Below are positions 18,080 to 29,299 of a stretch of 64,000 bases of DNA, in pieces. Both the position numbers and the translations under genes were made by a program. This DNA is from an uncultured bacterium (GTDB lineage Bacteria > Patescibacteriota > Patescibacteriia > Magasanikbacterales > UBA922). Each line of letters opens with the position of its first letter. Within the stretch, counting starts at the first letter, position 1. The notes beneath the pieces are model-generated. The model was not told the DNA's origin. It did no database searches and worked only from the letters and a program-made list of their open reading frames with translations. The stretch lies in the NCBI GenBank assembly GCA_937861125.1, contig CALMAY010000038.1, positions 126,921 through 190,920 on the forward strand. Direction: 5' to 3'.

Positions 18080-18088
18080 TGATAGAAT
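18080..18088 (+). promoter_or_regulatory. Extended -10 box TGaTAGAAT, 8 nt upstream of the pilD ATG
   Basis: TG 18080-18081, TAGAAT 18083-18088, ATG 18097. The intervening GAGGGTAT could alternatively be a very close SD. Confidence 0.4.
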
Positions 18089-18096
18089 GAGGGTAT

Positions 18097-18882
18097 ATGG
18101 TAACACTTTTTGGCTTTTTCTTAGGATTACTATTTGGGAGTTTTTGCGCCGCTTTGATCTATCGGTTACGAGCAGGTGTTTCGATCGCCAAGGGTCGATC
18201 GATGTGTCCCAACTGTCGTACACAGCTAGCGTGGTATCACAATATCCCAATAGGGAGTTTTGTCTTTTTACGTGGCAAATGTGCTTCCTGTAAAAAACCT
18301 ATCTCATGGCGATATCCATTGATCGAGCTATTTTTTGGTGTACTTGTTGGATTTGTTTTTTGGTTTCACCAATCTACTTTGACTAACAATCCATTATTGT
18401 TCCGTGATATTGTGATTATTTGTATCTTGGGTTTTATTTTTCTCTACGATTTGCTGTATCAAGAGATCTGGGATTTTTCCACATGGTATGTGGCTGGTGC
18501 TTTGTTTGTGTTTCATCTTGTTTCTCCTTTTTTGTTTCCAGCAATCGCTGTTCCGTTCGTTGCTAGTATGCTTATTGGAAGTTTGATTGCTGGTGGGTTT
18601 TTTGCAGCGCAGTTTTTTGTCTCCGGTGGACGTTGGATTGGGCAGGGGGATATTGGGCTGGGTGTGCTTATGGGTGTGCTGCTCGGATGGGAAAAGACGT
18701 TGGCAGCATTATTTTTTGCGTATATTATCGGCGCGTTAGTTGGTGTATGGTTACTACTAACAAAACAAAAAGAGAAAGGAAGCGAGATTGCATTTGGAAC
18801 GTTTTTATCTATCGCAACTGTAGTGATGTTGTTTTATGGAGATATGTTAATTGACTGGTATTTATTGCTTATTGGTTTATAA
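18097..18882 (+). CDS. pilD: Prepilin peptidase (A24 family)
   Basis: CPNCRTQLAWYHNIPIGSFVFLRGKCASCKKPISWRYPLIE zinc-finger region. Multiple TM segments with GQGDIG. Confidence 0.9.
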   Translation: MVTLFGFFLGLLFGSFCAALIYRLRAGVSIAKGRSMCPNCRTQLAWYHNIPIGSFVFLRGKCASCKKPISWRYPLIELFFGVLVGFVFWFHQSTLTNNPLLFRDIVIICILGFIFLYDLLYQEIWDFSTWYVAGALFVFHLVSPFLFPAIAVPFVASMLIGSLIAGGFFAAQFFVSGGRWIGQGDIGLGVLMGVLLGWEKTLAALFFAYIIGALVGVWLLLTKQKEKGSEIAFGTFLSIATVVMLFYGDMLIDWYLLLIGL

Positions 18883-18887
18883 TTGTT

Positions 18888-19346
18888 ATGAACACAACGT
18901 TATTTCAGTATTGTCAAAAAATAGTGCTTTTTTCAGCGGATCTGTCTTCTGTGCTTTTGGCACGGAGAAAAGGTGAGGTAGATTATGATGGGGTATATTC
19001 GTTTGTGGGTGGAAAAATGGAAACAACCGATACCTCTTTTGTGGAAGGATTACGACGAGAGAAGACAGAAGAGATTGGACACATGTGTAGCGTTCGTGTG
19101 TATCCTACATATACAACAGCTCGATTGTTTCAAAAAGCAGATGGAACTTCAATGGTACTCCCACATGTATTTGCTGTATTTGAGAGTGGTGAAATTGTAC
19201 TCAATGATGAATATAGTGATTTTGTGTGGGTATCTGTTTCTGATATTGATGTATTTGGCCCAAAGATTGATACGGTTTCGCACATAGTACATTCTTTTGT
19301 AAAAAATAAAGACATGTTTTTGAGTACAGAATCATTTGTCATCTAA
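18888..19346 (+). CDS. Nudix hydrolase
   Basis: Nudix box GGKMETTDTSFVEGLRREKTEEIG. Confidence 0.75.
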   Translation: MNTTLFQYCQKIVLFSADLSSVLLARRKGEVDYDGVYSFVGGKMETTDTSFVEGLRREKTEEIGHMCSVRVYPTYTTARLFQKADGTSMVLPHVFAVFESGEIVLNDEYSDFVWVSVSDIDVFGPKIDTVSHIVHSFVKNKDMFLSTESFVI

Positions 19347-19347
19347 T

Positions 19348-21773
<2,426 letters not shown>

Positions 21774-21799
21774 AAACACAAATCCTCCCGGCCCCCTAT

Positions 21800-21980
21800 C
21801 AAAATGTTTATTTTACATTATAAACATTTTGATGGAATTGGGAAGAACGTGGTGGCGCAGACTCGGTGGGATGAACCTCCTTTCCACCACTACTTTGACG
21901 ATGTCTCACGACAAGTCATTTCGTTTGGATCACCTCCTTGCGAGCCCGCTGTTCGGAGAAGAACCGAACGCACCATGTGT
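21800..21980 (-). ncRNA. Candidate structured small transcript / leader-peptide RNA (unclassified)
   Basis: Minus-strand promoter-like TTGACG-18-TATACT (22012-21983). Locally GC-rich. 13-nt AAGGAGGTGATCC (21939-21927) sits 7 nt before a 9-codon ORF (21919-21890). Second AAGGAGG motif present. Helices GTGGTGG/CCACCAC and GTTCGG/CCGAAC. 14-bp AT palindrome at 21798-21833. Confidence 0.3.
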
Positions 21981-22032
21981 ATAGTATAGATGTGATTACG
22001 TTGTATCGTCAATGTGGATAAATAAAAAACCC

Positions 22033-22061
22033 TTGAACAATCGCATTCTCAGTGCTACAAT
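22033..22061 (+). promoter_or_regulatory. Sigma-70-like promoter of gatCA (leaderless-type spacing)
   Basis: TTGAAC, 17 nt, TGcTACAAT. The ATG of gatC lies 8 nt after the -10. Confidence 0.6.
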
Positions 22062-22069
22062 GCCACTAT

Positions 22070-22369
22070 ATGCAACTCACCCCCCTCGAAGTCAAAAAAA
22101 TCGCTACTCTTGCTCGTTTGTCTCTGAGTGAAGAGGAGACACAGAGTTATGCGGAACAACTGACCGCTATTTTTGGCTATGTGGAGATGCTCAATGAGGT
22201 GGATACTGAAGGGGTGGAGGAAACTTGTCAGGTGACTGGGCTTCAAGATGTGGTGCGTGAGGATATTGTGGTTGATTGTGATGAAGAGACAAAGAAACAG
22301 TTAGTTGAGGCATTCTCTGATAAAAAAGGACAGTTGTTACAGGTAAAAGGTGTGTTTAGTGCAGAGTAA
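22070..22369 (+). CDS. gatC: Asp/Glu-tRNA(Asn/Gln) amidotransferase subunit C
   Basis: MQLTPLEVKKIATLARLSLSEEE...YVEMLNEVDT typical GatC. Confidence 0.9.
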   Translation: MQLTPLEVKKIATLARLSLSEEETQSYAEQLTAIFGYVEMLNEVDTEGVEETCQVTGLQDVVREDIVVDCDEETKKQLVEAFSDKKGQLLQVKGVFSAE

Positions 22370-22378
22370 TATATTTGT

Positions 22379-23821
22379 ATGAAGCAATTACATACACTCA
22401 CAATCGTGGAGGCTCGAAAAGGGCTTGATGCAAAAGAATTTACCTCTGTTGAACTCACAACGGCGTGTTTGAATCGGATCAAAGAGCGAAATGGAGAAAT
22501 CAATGCGTTTATTACGGTAACAGAAGAACTTGCACTAGAAGAAGCAAAAAAAGCCGATGAAATAATTGCTCGAGGAGAACAACAGATGTTGACTGGTATT
22601 CCGTTTGGCGTCAAAGATGCGATTTGTACCAAAGGGGTTCGTTCAACTGCTTCTGCAAAAATACTCGATAATTATGTCCCATCGTTTGATGCGACGGTGA
22701 TTGCGCGTATTCGCGCTCAGGGTGCTGTGTTGGTAGGAAAACAAAATTGTGATGCGTTTGGTCATGGTGCATCAAATGAAAACTCGATGTATGGGCCAGT
22801 ACGAAATCCACATGATACGACCAAAGTCTCTGGTGGTTCGTCAGGTGGTTCTGCCGCTGCAGTTGCTGATGGTATGTGTTTGTTTTCGATTGCCGAGGAT
22901 ACTGGTGGTTCGATTCGTCAGCCAGCAGCGTTTTGTGGTCTTGCGGGGCTTCGTCCGAGTTATGGTCGCAATTCTCGCTACGGTATCATGCCAATGGCGA
23001 GTTCTCTCGATACTGTCGGACCAATTGCACGCACGTCAGAAGATATTGCGATTTTGATGGAAATTATGGCAGGAGTTGATCCTCTCGATGCTACTACAGT
23101 TCCAGTAGAAACTCCTTTATATACTGATGAAGTCAAAAGTCAAATGTTAAATGTTAAAGGTTTACGGGTCGGTATTCCAAAAGAATATTTTGAACTCGAA
23201 GGACTTGATCCAGAAATTCGTGCAGCACTAGAACAGTCGATGGAGACACTCAAAGCTGCCGGTGCTACATTGGTAGATATTTCTCTCCCACATACCAAAT
23301 ACGCTATTCCAACATATTATATCGTGGTGCCGAGTGAAGATAGTTCCAATCTCGGTCGAATTGATAGTATTCGCTATGGTGCACAGACTGCGCATGATGA
23401 TCTCTATGGTGCATACGCCAATAGTCGACGTGACGGATTTCCAAATGAAGTAAAACGACGTATCATGATCGGTACCTATGCGCTCTCTGCTGGATATTAT
23501 GATGCGTATTATCGCAAAGCACAAAAAGTTCGTACCAAGATTCGTCAAGATTTTGATACTGTATTTGGTGCACAGGTGGATGTGATTTTGACTCCGACCA
23601 CTCCGACACCTGCATTTGGTGTGGGTGAGAAATCAAATGATCCACTGGCAATGTATCTCGCAGATGTGTTTGTTTCTCCAAGTGCATTGGCAGGATTACC
23701 GAGTCTCTCTGTCCCTGTGGGCAAGACATCATCGGGACTTCCTATCGGTGCACAGTTGATTGGTCCGATGATGGGGGAGAGTGTTGTCTTATTTTTGGGG
23801 CATCAATTACAAAATATATGA
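22379..23821 (+). CDS. gatA: Asp/Glu-tRNA(Asn/Gln) amidotransferase subunit A
   Basis: Amidase signature GGSSGGSAAAVA, FGVKDAICTKG. Confidence 0.95.
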   Translation: MKQLHTLTIVEARKGLDAKEFTSVELTTACLNRIKERNGEINAFITVTEELALEEAKKADEIIARGEQQMLTGIPFGVKDAICTKGVRSTASAKILDNYVPSFDATVIARIRAQGAVLVGKQNCDAFGHGASNENSMYGPVRNPHDTTKVSGGSSGGSAAAVADGMCLFSIAEDTGGSIRQPAAFCGLAGLRPSYGRNSRYGIMPMASSLDTVGPIARTSEDIAILMEIMAGVDPLDATTVPVETPLYTDEVKSQMLNVKGLRVGIPKEYFELEGLDPEIRAALEQSMETLKAAGATLVDISLPHTKYAIPTYYIVVPSEDSSNLGRIDSIRYGAQTAHDDLYGAYANSRRDGFPNEVKRRIMIGTYALSAGYYDAYYRKAQKVRTKIRQDFDTVFGAQVDVILTPTTPTPAFGVGEKSNDPLAMYLADVFVSPSALAGLPSLSVPVGKTSSGLPIGAQLIGPMMGESVVLFLGHQLQNI

Positions 23822-24264
23822 GTGAGCGTGGTTCGCAAGGTAGACGAGAGACACCAGAGGTTGTCTATTCTTGGTTTCAAGATGAATTAGAAAAAGTAAA
23901 CAATGTACTTGTAGAAGTGTCCGAACAGATAGTAAAAATGGAGGAAGATGCCATGTATACTGAGCATCATCTGAATGCAGTACGAGAGAGATACTTTGAA
24001 TTATTGCGTAGGCGTGACTATATAAAAAGTCTAGAACATACCACATTTCGATCACAAGAATTAGATGAGATACGAAAATCTTTGGAAGATATACATTATC
24101 TAATGCGTGAGTGTCGTGTAGATACCAAACATGCAAAAGAAAAATTACATACACTGTACGATGCAGAAACTCGGTTAAGAAAAATGGAGGCAGATTTAAT
24201 CAATCAAGAGGATGCGGCTGATGATAAAATAGCATCGCTTCCAGTAGATGCGATTCGTAATTAA
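23818..24264 (+). CDS. Hypothetical coiled-coil protein
   Basis: ATGA overlap with the gatA stop. Charged, heptad-like sequence. N-terminus MSERGSQ resembles that of the next ORF. Confidence 0.55.
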   Translation: MSERGSQGRRETPEVVYSWFQDELEKVNNVLVEVSEQIVKMEEDAMYTEHHLNAVRERYFELLRRRDYIKSLEHTTFRSQELDEIRKSLEDIHYLMRECRVDTKHAKEKLHTLYDAETRLRKMEADLINQEDAADDKIASLPVDAIRN

Positions 24265-24275
24265 TAGTAACCTCT

Positions 24276-24857
24276 ATGCTAGAACGTGGATCACGGACAA
24301 TTATACTAGAAGATGAATATTCTCTTCCGCTTAAAATGGTAGAGAGAACTGAGCATGCATTGGCTAGTATGAGAAATTTTATAGAGATGTGTGAGACTAA
24401 ACTCCCTCAACAACAAGAGGAGTTACTTGCTTTGAAGAAATCTATCGATACTGTTGGTGGGTCGTTACGTCTAACCAGACAGAGTGGTAGTACGGATGAT
24501 CAAAAAAAGAACTTAATAGCTGAGTTAAATCGATTGCGAAGGTTATTTGCAGAAAAAAAGGAAATTTTTTCTGAAAGACTTCAAGAATATGATACATCTA
24601 TTGAGAGACATAATGAAATAGTGGATTTGAATGAACTTCGAGTATTGCTAGATGAGAGTTTTGATAAAGAAATAGCTGCTTTTGTCAAATATCTTCAAGA
24701 AACACTTGGTTTTGATGGTAAGGGAGATGTGCAGCCACCGCAGATGGGTAATTTTGGTGAGAGACTTGTAGGTGGTATCTTAATAGCAGATAAAACGAAC
24801 CGAGCACTTGGTGGTAAACCCATCTTAAGTGATAAAGACGACAGAACTAGTAAATAG
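24276..24857 (+). CDS. Hypothetical coiled-coil protein
   Basis: N-terminus MLERGSR. Long charged helical segments. No recognised family. Confidence 0.55.
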   Translation: MLERGSRTIILEDEYSLPLKMVERTEHALASMRNFIEMCETKLPQQQEELLALKKSIDTVGGSLRLTRQSGSTDDQKKNLIAELNRLRRLFAEKKEIFSERLQEYDTSIERHNEIVDLNELRVLLDESFDKEIAAFVKYLQETLGFDGKGDVQPPQMGNFGERLVGGILIADKTNRALGGKPILSDKDDRTSK

Positions 24858-24876
24858 AATTATTTTCTCTTTGTGT

Positions 24877-26199
24877 ATGAATAAAAAAACTTCTCAAGAT
24901 CTCTCATACTCTCTGCACGCGACAGACACCTATCGTGATACGTGGCGTATTTTTCGTATCATGTCTGAATTTGTCGAGGGGTATCAGATGATGTCACAGA
25001 TGGAAAAAGAGGTAACTGTGTTTGGATCAGCCCGTTTAGCCGAATCAACATCAGAGTATAAAACAGCGCGTGCACTCGGTGCGTTGCTTGGAGAACATGG
25101 GTATACGACGATTACGGGTGGTGGTCCTGGTATTATGGAAGCAGCCAATCGGGGTGCGTTTGAAGCTGGTGGAGAGTCAGTGGGGCTCAATATTCAATTG
25201 CCGTTTGAACAGCGTATCAATCCGTATGTCAAAAAAGCGCTTGGATTTTATTACTTTTTTACTCGCAAAGTAATGTTAACCTCACCATCTGCTGCGTTTG
25301 TCTTTTTTCCTGGTGGATTTGGGACGATGGATGAATTTTTTGAGGTGGTAGATCATATTGAGACAGGCAAAATGTGTCGTGTGCCAATTATTTTGGTTGG
25401 AAAAACATTTTGGCAACCACTCCTTGATTTTTTACAGACTAGTGCATGTGATCTTGGTTCTGTTACCAAAGAACAAATTGATTCTTGGGTGCTAGTAAAT
25501 ACTGCAGAAGAAGCATATGAAGCGATTGAGTTGGGCAAGGGTATGAAGGGTGAGTGTGATCTTTCTGCACATAACTTTAGTTCGGATAAAAATGTTGATT
25601 GGAGAATTTTTCGTATTATGTCTGAGCTTGTTGAGGGATTTGAATTTCTCACCGGAGTTTCCAATGATGTCTCAGTACTTGGAACAAAAAATGTACAACC
25701 TGGAAATAGGTATTATGCTTCTGCACAAAAGCTAGGTGCATTGATTGCTCAATCAGGTATGGCAACGATTACTGGTGGCGCAGAGGGAATTGCTGAGGCA
25801 GCAAACAAGGGTGCATTTGAGGCTGGTGGTGAGTCACTTGGAATCGGTATGGAAGTACGAGGAAAAACGGTATTGAATCAATATCTTTCTCGTTCAATTA
25901 CGTTTACATTTCCATTTACACGCAAGCAAATTATCACTGCTCCGTCACGTGCTTTTGTGTTTTATCCTGGTGGTTTTGGGACACTTCATCATTTGTTTGA
26001 GGTGTTGACACTGATTCAAACCAAAAAAATGAAAAAAATGCCAATTATTTTGGTAGATCATGCGTATTGGGAGCCGCTTCATGTATTTATCAAAAAAGTA
26101 ATGGTACACGATCTGGAGACGGTGCATGATGAGGATGACGAATTGTATGAAGTTGTTGATAGTGAAGAGGCAGTGATGGAGGTGGTGAATCGTGTATGA
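24877..26199 (+). CDS. Tandem-duplicated LOG / TIGR00730-family (Rossmann nucleotide phosphoribohydrolase-like) protein
   Basis: Two repeats each start with WRIFRIMSE(F/L)VEG. Repeat 1 has GGGPGIMEAANRGA and PGGFGTMDEFFE. Repeat 2 has GGAEGIAEAANKGA and PGGFGTLHHLFE. Confidence 0.8.
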   Translation: MNKKTSQDLSYSLHATDTYRDTWRIFRIMSEFVEGYQMMSQMEKEVTVFGSARLAESTSEYKTARALGALLGEHGYTTITGGGPGIMEAANRGAFEAGGESVGLNIQLPFEQRINPYVKKALGFYYFFTRKVMLTSPSAAFVFFPGGFGTMDEFFEVVDHIETGKMCRVPIILVGKTFWQPLLDFLQTSACDLGSVTKEQIDSWVLVNTAEEAYEAIELGKGMKGECDLSAHNFSSDKNVDWRIFRIMSELVEGFEFLTGVSNDVSVLGTKNVQPGNRYYASAQKLGALIAQSGMATITGGAEGIAEAANKGAFEAGGESLGIGMEVRGKTVLNQYLSRSITFTFPFTRKQIITAPSRAFVFYPGGFGTLHHLFEVLTLIQTKKMKKMPIILVDHAYWEPLHVFIKKVMVHDLETVHDEDDELYEVVDSEEAVMEVVNRV

Positions 26200-26966
26200 T
26201 TCCATATTATTCGTGGACAACAATTCCTCTGGGCCCCCTGACAATTCAAGTCTGGGGTCTTTTTGTGGCACTGGGAATTTTGTTGTCGCTATGGGTTATC
26301 AAAAAACGCTCGGTGTATAACAAGATATCTGTGGAGTTGTTGTATGATATTGTGCTATGGACACTGGTAGGTGGGTTTATTGGTGCGCGTCTAGTACACA
26401 TCGTCGCATATGAGCCGTCATATTTTCTCGCGCAACCACTAGAAATGTTCAAGATTTGGCATGGAGGGTTGTCATCGTTTGGTGGGTTCTTTGGTGCTGC
26501 TGTTGGCTTTTTTTGGTATACCAAAAAGAAACGACTCTCGTCAGCACAGATATACCAGATTGCCAATGAGCTTGGGTTTGCGGCGGTGTTTGGGTGGATG
26601 GTGGGGCGTGTAGGGTGTGCGATGATTCATGATCACTGGGGTGTGCCGTGTAGTTGTCCGTTCGCTATTGCGACGCCATCTGGCGGGAGACTCGATATGG
26701 CACTCCTTGAGATTATTGCACTGATTCCACTTGCGATTTGGTTATACGTACAGAGACATTCGCAAAAGTTCTCATATTTCTTTTTACCAATCATTTTGGT
26801 TTATTATGGTGTCCTTCGTTTCGTCCTCGACTTCTTCCGTGCGATTGATTTGGGTGGTTCTGACGTTCGCTATTTCGGATTGACTCCGGGGCAGTATTCT
26901 GCTATTGTTGTGGTCGGTTTGGGGATATTCCTACTGTCGTCAACAGTAAAACCTAACAAGGTTTAA
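26196..26966 (+). CDS. lgt: Prolipoprotein diacylglyceryl transferase
   Basis: ATGA overlap with the previous gene. GARLVHI, IWHGGLSSFGGFFG and GRVGCAMIHDHWG motifs. Confidence 0.9.
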   Translation: MIPYYSWTTIPLGPLTIQVWGLFVALGILLSLWVIKKRSVYNKISVELLYDIVLWTLVGGFIGARLVHIVAYEPSYFLAQPLEMFKIWHGGLSSFGGFFGAAVGFFWYTKKKRLSSAQIYQIANELGFAAVFGWMVGRVGCAMIHDHWGVPCSCPFAIATPSGGRLDMALLEIIALIPLAIWLYVQRHSQKFSYFFLPIILVYYGVLRFVLDFFRAIDLGGSDVRYFGLTPGQYSAIVVVGLGIFLLSSTVKPNKV

Positions 26967-27001
26967 GGGTCATTTTAGAAATAAATTATCTCCTCATTAG
27001 T

Positions 27002-27442
27002 ATGGACTTCCGTTTATACGTTTCTACTCTCGTTTCTTTTGGTGGCAAGGTACTGCTCGTGCAGGAACAAAAAGAAAAGTACCATGGAAAATGGAATCTG
27101 CCAGGTGGTCACTTGGAAATAGGGGAGACCACTTTGGAAGGCGCTCTGCGCGAATTAAAAGAAGAAACCGGGTTAGTATTAGATGTGCAAAGCACGCTGG
27201 GAGTGTACTATAATGTACATTCTGATCACACAAGTTTTCGTTTTGTCTATTTTGGAAAATCAGATATTGATACAGTAATAGCAGGTGATAATATTATGGA
27301 TTCCAAATGGTTTTCTCCAGAAGAAATTGAACAGATGAGTGATAATGAGTTTGTTAGCGCACAACAATTTAGAGAAATAATTGAAGATTACAAAAAGGGT
27401 GTTACGTATCCAGTAAAAATCTTTCATTCTATGAAAGTGTAG
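27002..27442 (+). CDS. Nudix hydrolase
   Basis: Nudix box GGHLEIGETTLEGALRELKEETGL. Confidence 0.8.
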   Translation: MDFRLYVSTLVSFGGKVLLVQEQKEKYHGKWNLPGGHLEIGETTLEGALRELKEETGLVLDVQSTLGVYYNVHSDHTSFRFVYFGKSDIDTVIAGDNIMDSKWFSPEEIEQMSDNEFVSAQQFREIIEDYKKGVTYPVKIFHSMKV

Positions 27443-27494
27443 ATGTCACACAGTTTTGTATCTTGTATCTTTTTCTTTTGAATTTTACAACAAT

Positions 27495-27582
27495 GGAGAG
27501 TTCGCATAGTGGCCTAGTGCGCCGCCTTGGAAAGGCGGTATACCGCAAGGTATCGAGGGTTCAAATCCCTCACTCTCCGCCA
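27495..27582 (+). tRNA. tRNA-Ser (anticodon GGA), long variable arm, genomically encoded CCA
   Basis: Acceptor GGAGAGT/ACTCTCC. Anticodon stem CCGCC/GGCGG with loop TTGGAAA. Variable arm TATACCGCAAGGTATC. T-arm GAGGG-TTCAAAT-CCCTC. Discriminator G plus CCA. Confidence 0.9.
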
Positions 27583-27808
27583 AAATCATTGTATTAATAT
27601 TTGTTACAATACATATAACAACATTCAATCTTTACATCAATTTTAACAGGAATGCCGAAGAAGTGTTTTTATCTTATCAATTAATATTTTTGTGGTGAAT
27701 TTGGAGAAATTATACGTTTTAGAGATCTTTCAGGTGACAAGTTTTTTATAGATATATTATTTTTGTCTAAGAATAAATTTTTTCATTTAGTTTTTTTATC
27801 CCATTTTT

Positions 27809-29224
27809 ATGTTTAAAGATTGGTATATACAGTATAAAAAAAGTCTGTTTATTTTTTTATCTTGCACTGTCTGTCTGCTGGGTTTATTTTTGTATCGCGG
27901 CTATGTCTCTCCAAGACAAGACATACTACAGAAATCTCAATTGGTACAAGAAACACAGTCGGAAAATATTGTAGTAGAAAAAATATTCTACCAATCAAAT
28001 ACAGAGAATATTCGTTTTGTTGTGCCTGATAAATGGGAGATGAGTACTACTAGTGTGACTTTGCCTATTGGTTTTGAAACACCAAAGTTTTCTTTGTATA
28101 AAAAAGATGTTGGTTGTATTATTAGTGTAGCAGAAATTGCACCAGATACTGACACTACCAGAAAACAAGTCTCATTCGGTGATCGTATTTTAAGTTCATA
28201 TTCGCAGTTTGATAGTAATTGGTTTGCTCCTATAACAAATACTACCTCTCAGTATGTGTTTTCAGGCAATAAGAGACAATTCATACCTGGTGAATTTCGT
28301 CTATCATATAATATGAGGAATAGTCCATTTGTTCTTTTTATGAACGATGGTTCATCTGTTCTAGAAGAGTGTAACAATGACTTGAATATGTTACTGGATA
28401 CCGTGGAGCCGTATTATGAGGTAGTTAAATTGAATGCAACTTTGGATGGAGTGATTATATTTGATCGTGTTTGGGATGATCAAAAAAATGGCGTGTTGGA
28501 TAAATCGTATGAACTTTTGTTATTTGTAGACGCAGAGTCAAAAGAGAAAAGAGAGGTTATGAAAGTTCCTTCTGGAACTTGGGGAGGGTCTTTTTCTATA
28601 TCTGATGATAAAATGTATATTGCGTCCAATGTGTATACTGTAAAAGATAATGGTGGCTTTCAATTTAATTCGTCTCTGTATATGCTGGACCCTTTTACTG
28701 GGCAGGTAACAGAAATTTCTGGTACTAAAAAGAATGATTCATATATTTCGTCTGTGTATGTTCGAAATGCTACGGTTTATTACTTGTTGGGTACTTCTGA
28801 ATTAGGCGAGTGTCTCAATGGGTATGCCCCTTGTCCAGCTGATTTGTACTCTATTCCTGTTGCAGGAGGTAATCCAGTTTTGGTTGGACATAGCTCAATT
28901 GGACGTTCGATACTTGGGTATATTGATCGTGAAAAAGCTTTTTATATTGAGCAAGGTAATGGAGATGCTGGGTGTATGCGTACGAGTATGAACAAAATTG
29001 TTGATGGGAAAGAAGAAATAATCGGGGGAACAAGTGGTTGTTTTGATGAGCAAGTAAATGGATTTGTCTTTGATAATAGCCAAATGGAAAAAAGAATACG
29101 AGCACTCAAAGATACGCTATCTACTTCTCGTTCGTGTGATTACAGCGTTCGTGTTCAAGAAGGTTCTCTACGCCCGGCTAGTAGTAAATCTACAACATAT
29201 GGAAGTTTTTGTTTTACTAAATAA
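27809..29224 (+). CDS. Hypothetical membrane-anchored protein (beta-rich ectodomain)
   Basis: N-terminal TM (LFIFLSCTVCLLGLFLY). No recognised catalytic motif. AT-rich upstream region. Confidence 0.55.
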   Translation: MFKDWYIQYKKSLFIFLSCTVCLLGLFLYRGYVSPRQDILQKSQLVQETQSENIVVEKIFYQSNTENIRFVVPDKWEMSTTSVTLPIGFETPKFSLYKKDVGCIISVAEIAPDTDTTRKQVSFGDRILSSYSQFDSNWFAPITNTTSQYVFSGNKRQFIPGEFRLSYNMRNSPFVLFMNDGSSVLEECNNDLNMLLDTVEPYYEVVKLNATLDGVIIFDRVWDDQKNGVLDKSYELLLFVDAESKEKREVMKVPSGTWGGSFSISDDKMYIASNVYTVKDNGGFQFNSSLYMLDPFTGQVTEISGTKKNDSYISSVYVRNATVYYLLGTSELGECLNGYAPCPADLYSIPVAGGNPVLVGHSSIGRSILGYIDREKAFYIEQGNGDAGCMRTSMNKIVDGKEEIIGGTSGCFDEQVNGFVFDNSQMEKRIRALKDTLSTSRSCDYSVRVQEGSLRPASSKSTTYGSFCFTK

Positions 29225-29299
29225 TCTTTTCGTTGTGGTTTGACTCACACCCCACAAACCCGTACAATAAAGCCTGTTACACACAGTCTTTTTTGTTTC

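Noticed and set aside
21927-21939. GGATCACCTCCTT, identical to the 3' end of 16S rRNA; considered a possible rRNA gene end.
   Set aside because: The preceding sequence (…CAAGTCATTTCGTTT) does not match the conserved 16S helix 45 / AAGTCGTAACAAGG region, and no rRNA-like sequence flanks it. I treat it only as an SD/anti-SD-related motif.
27583-27808. AT-rich 226-nt region after tRNA-Ser, considered as a genomic-island integration site.
   Set aside because: No integrase is present, and I could not find a direct repeat of the tRNA 3' end downstream. The following gene is merely a hypothetical membrane protein.
29240-29299. TTG-initiated 20-codon extension of recQ. Similar upstream extensions occur for era (to 11804), gatC (22052), the LOG gene (24829) and rarA (45366).
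   Set aside because: The extensions overlap upstream genes or promoter elements and precede conserved N-termini that begin at internal ATG codons.
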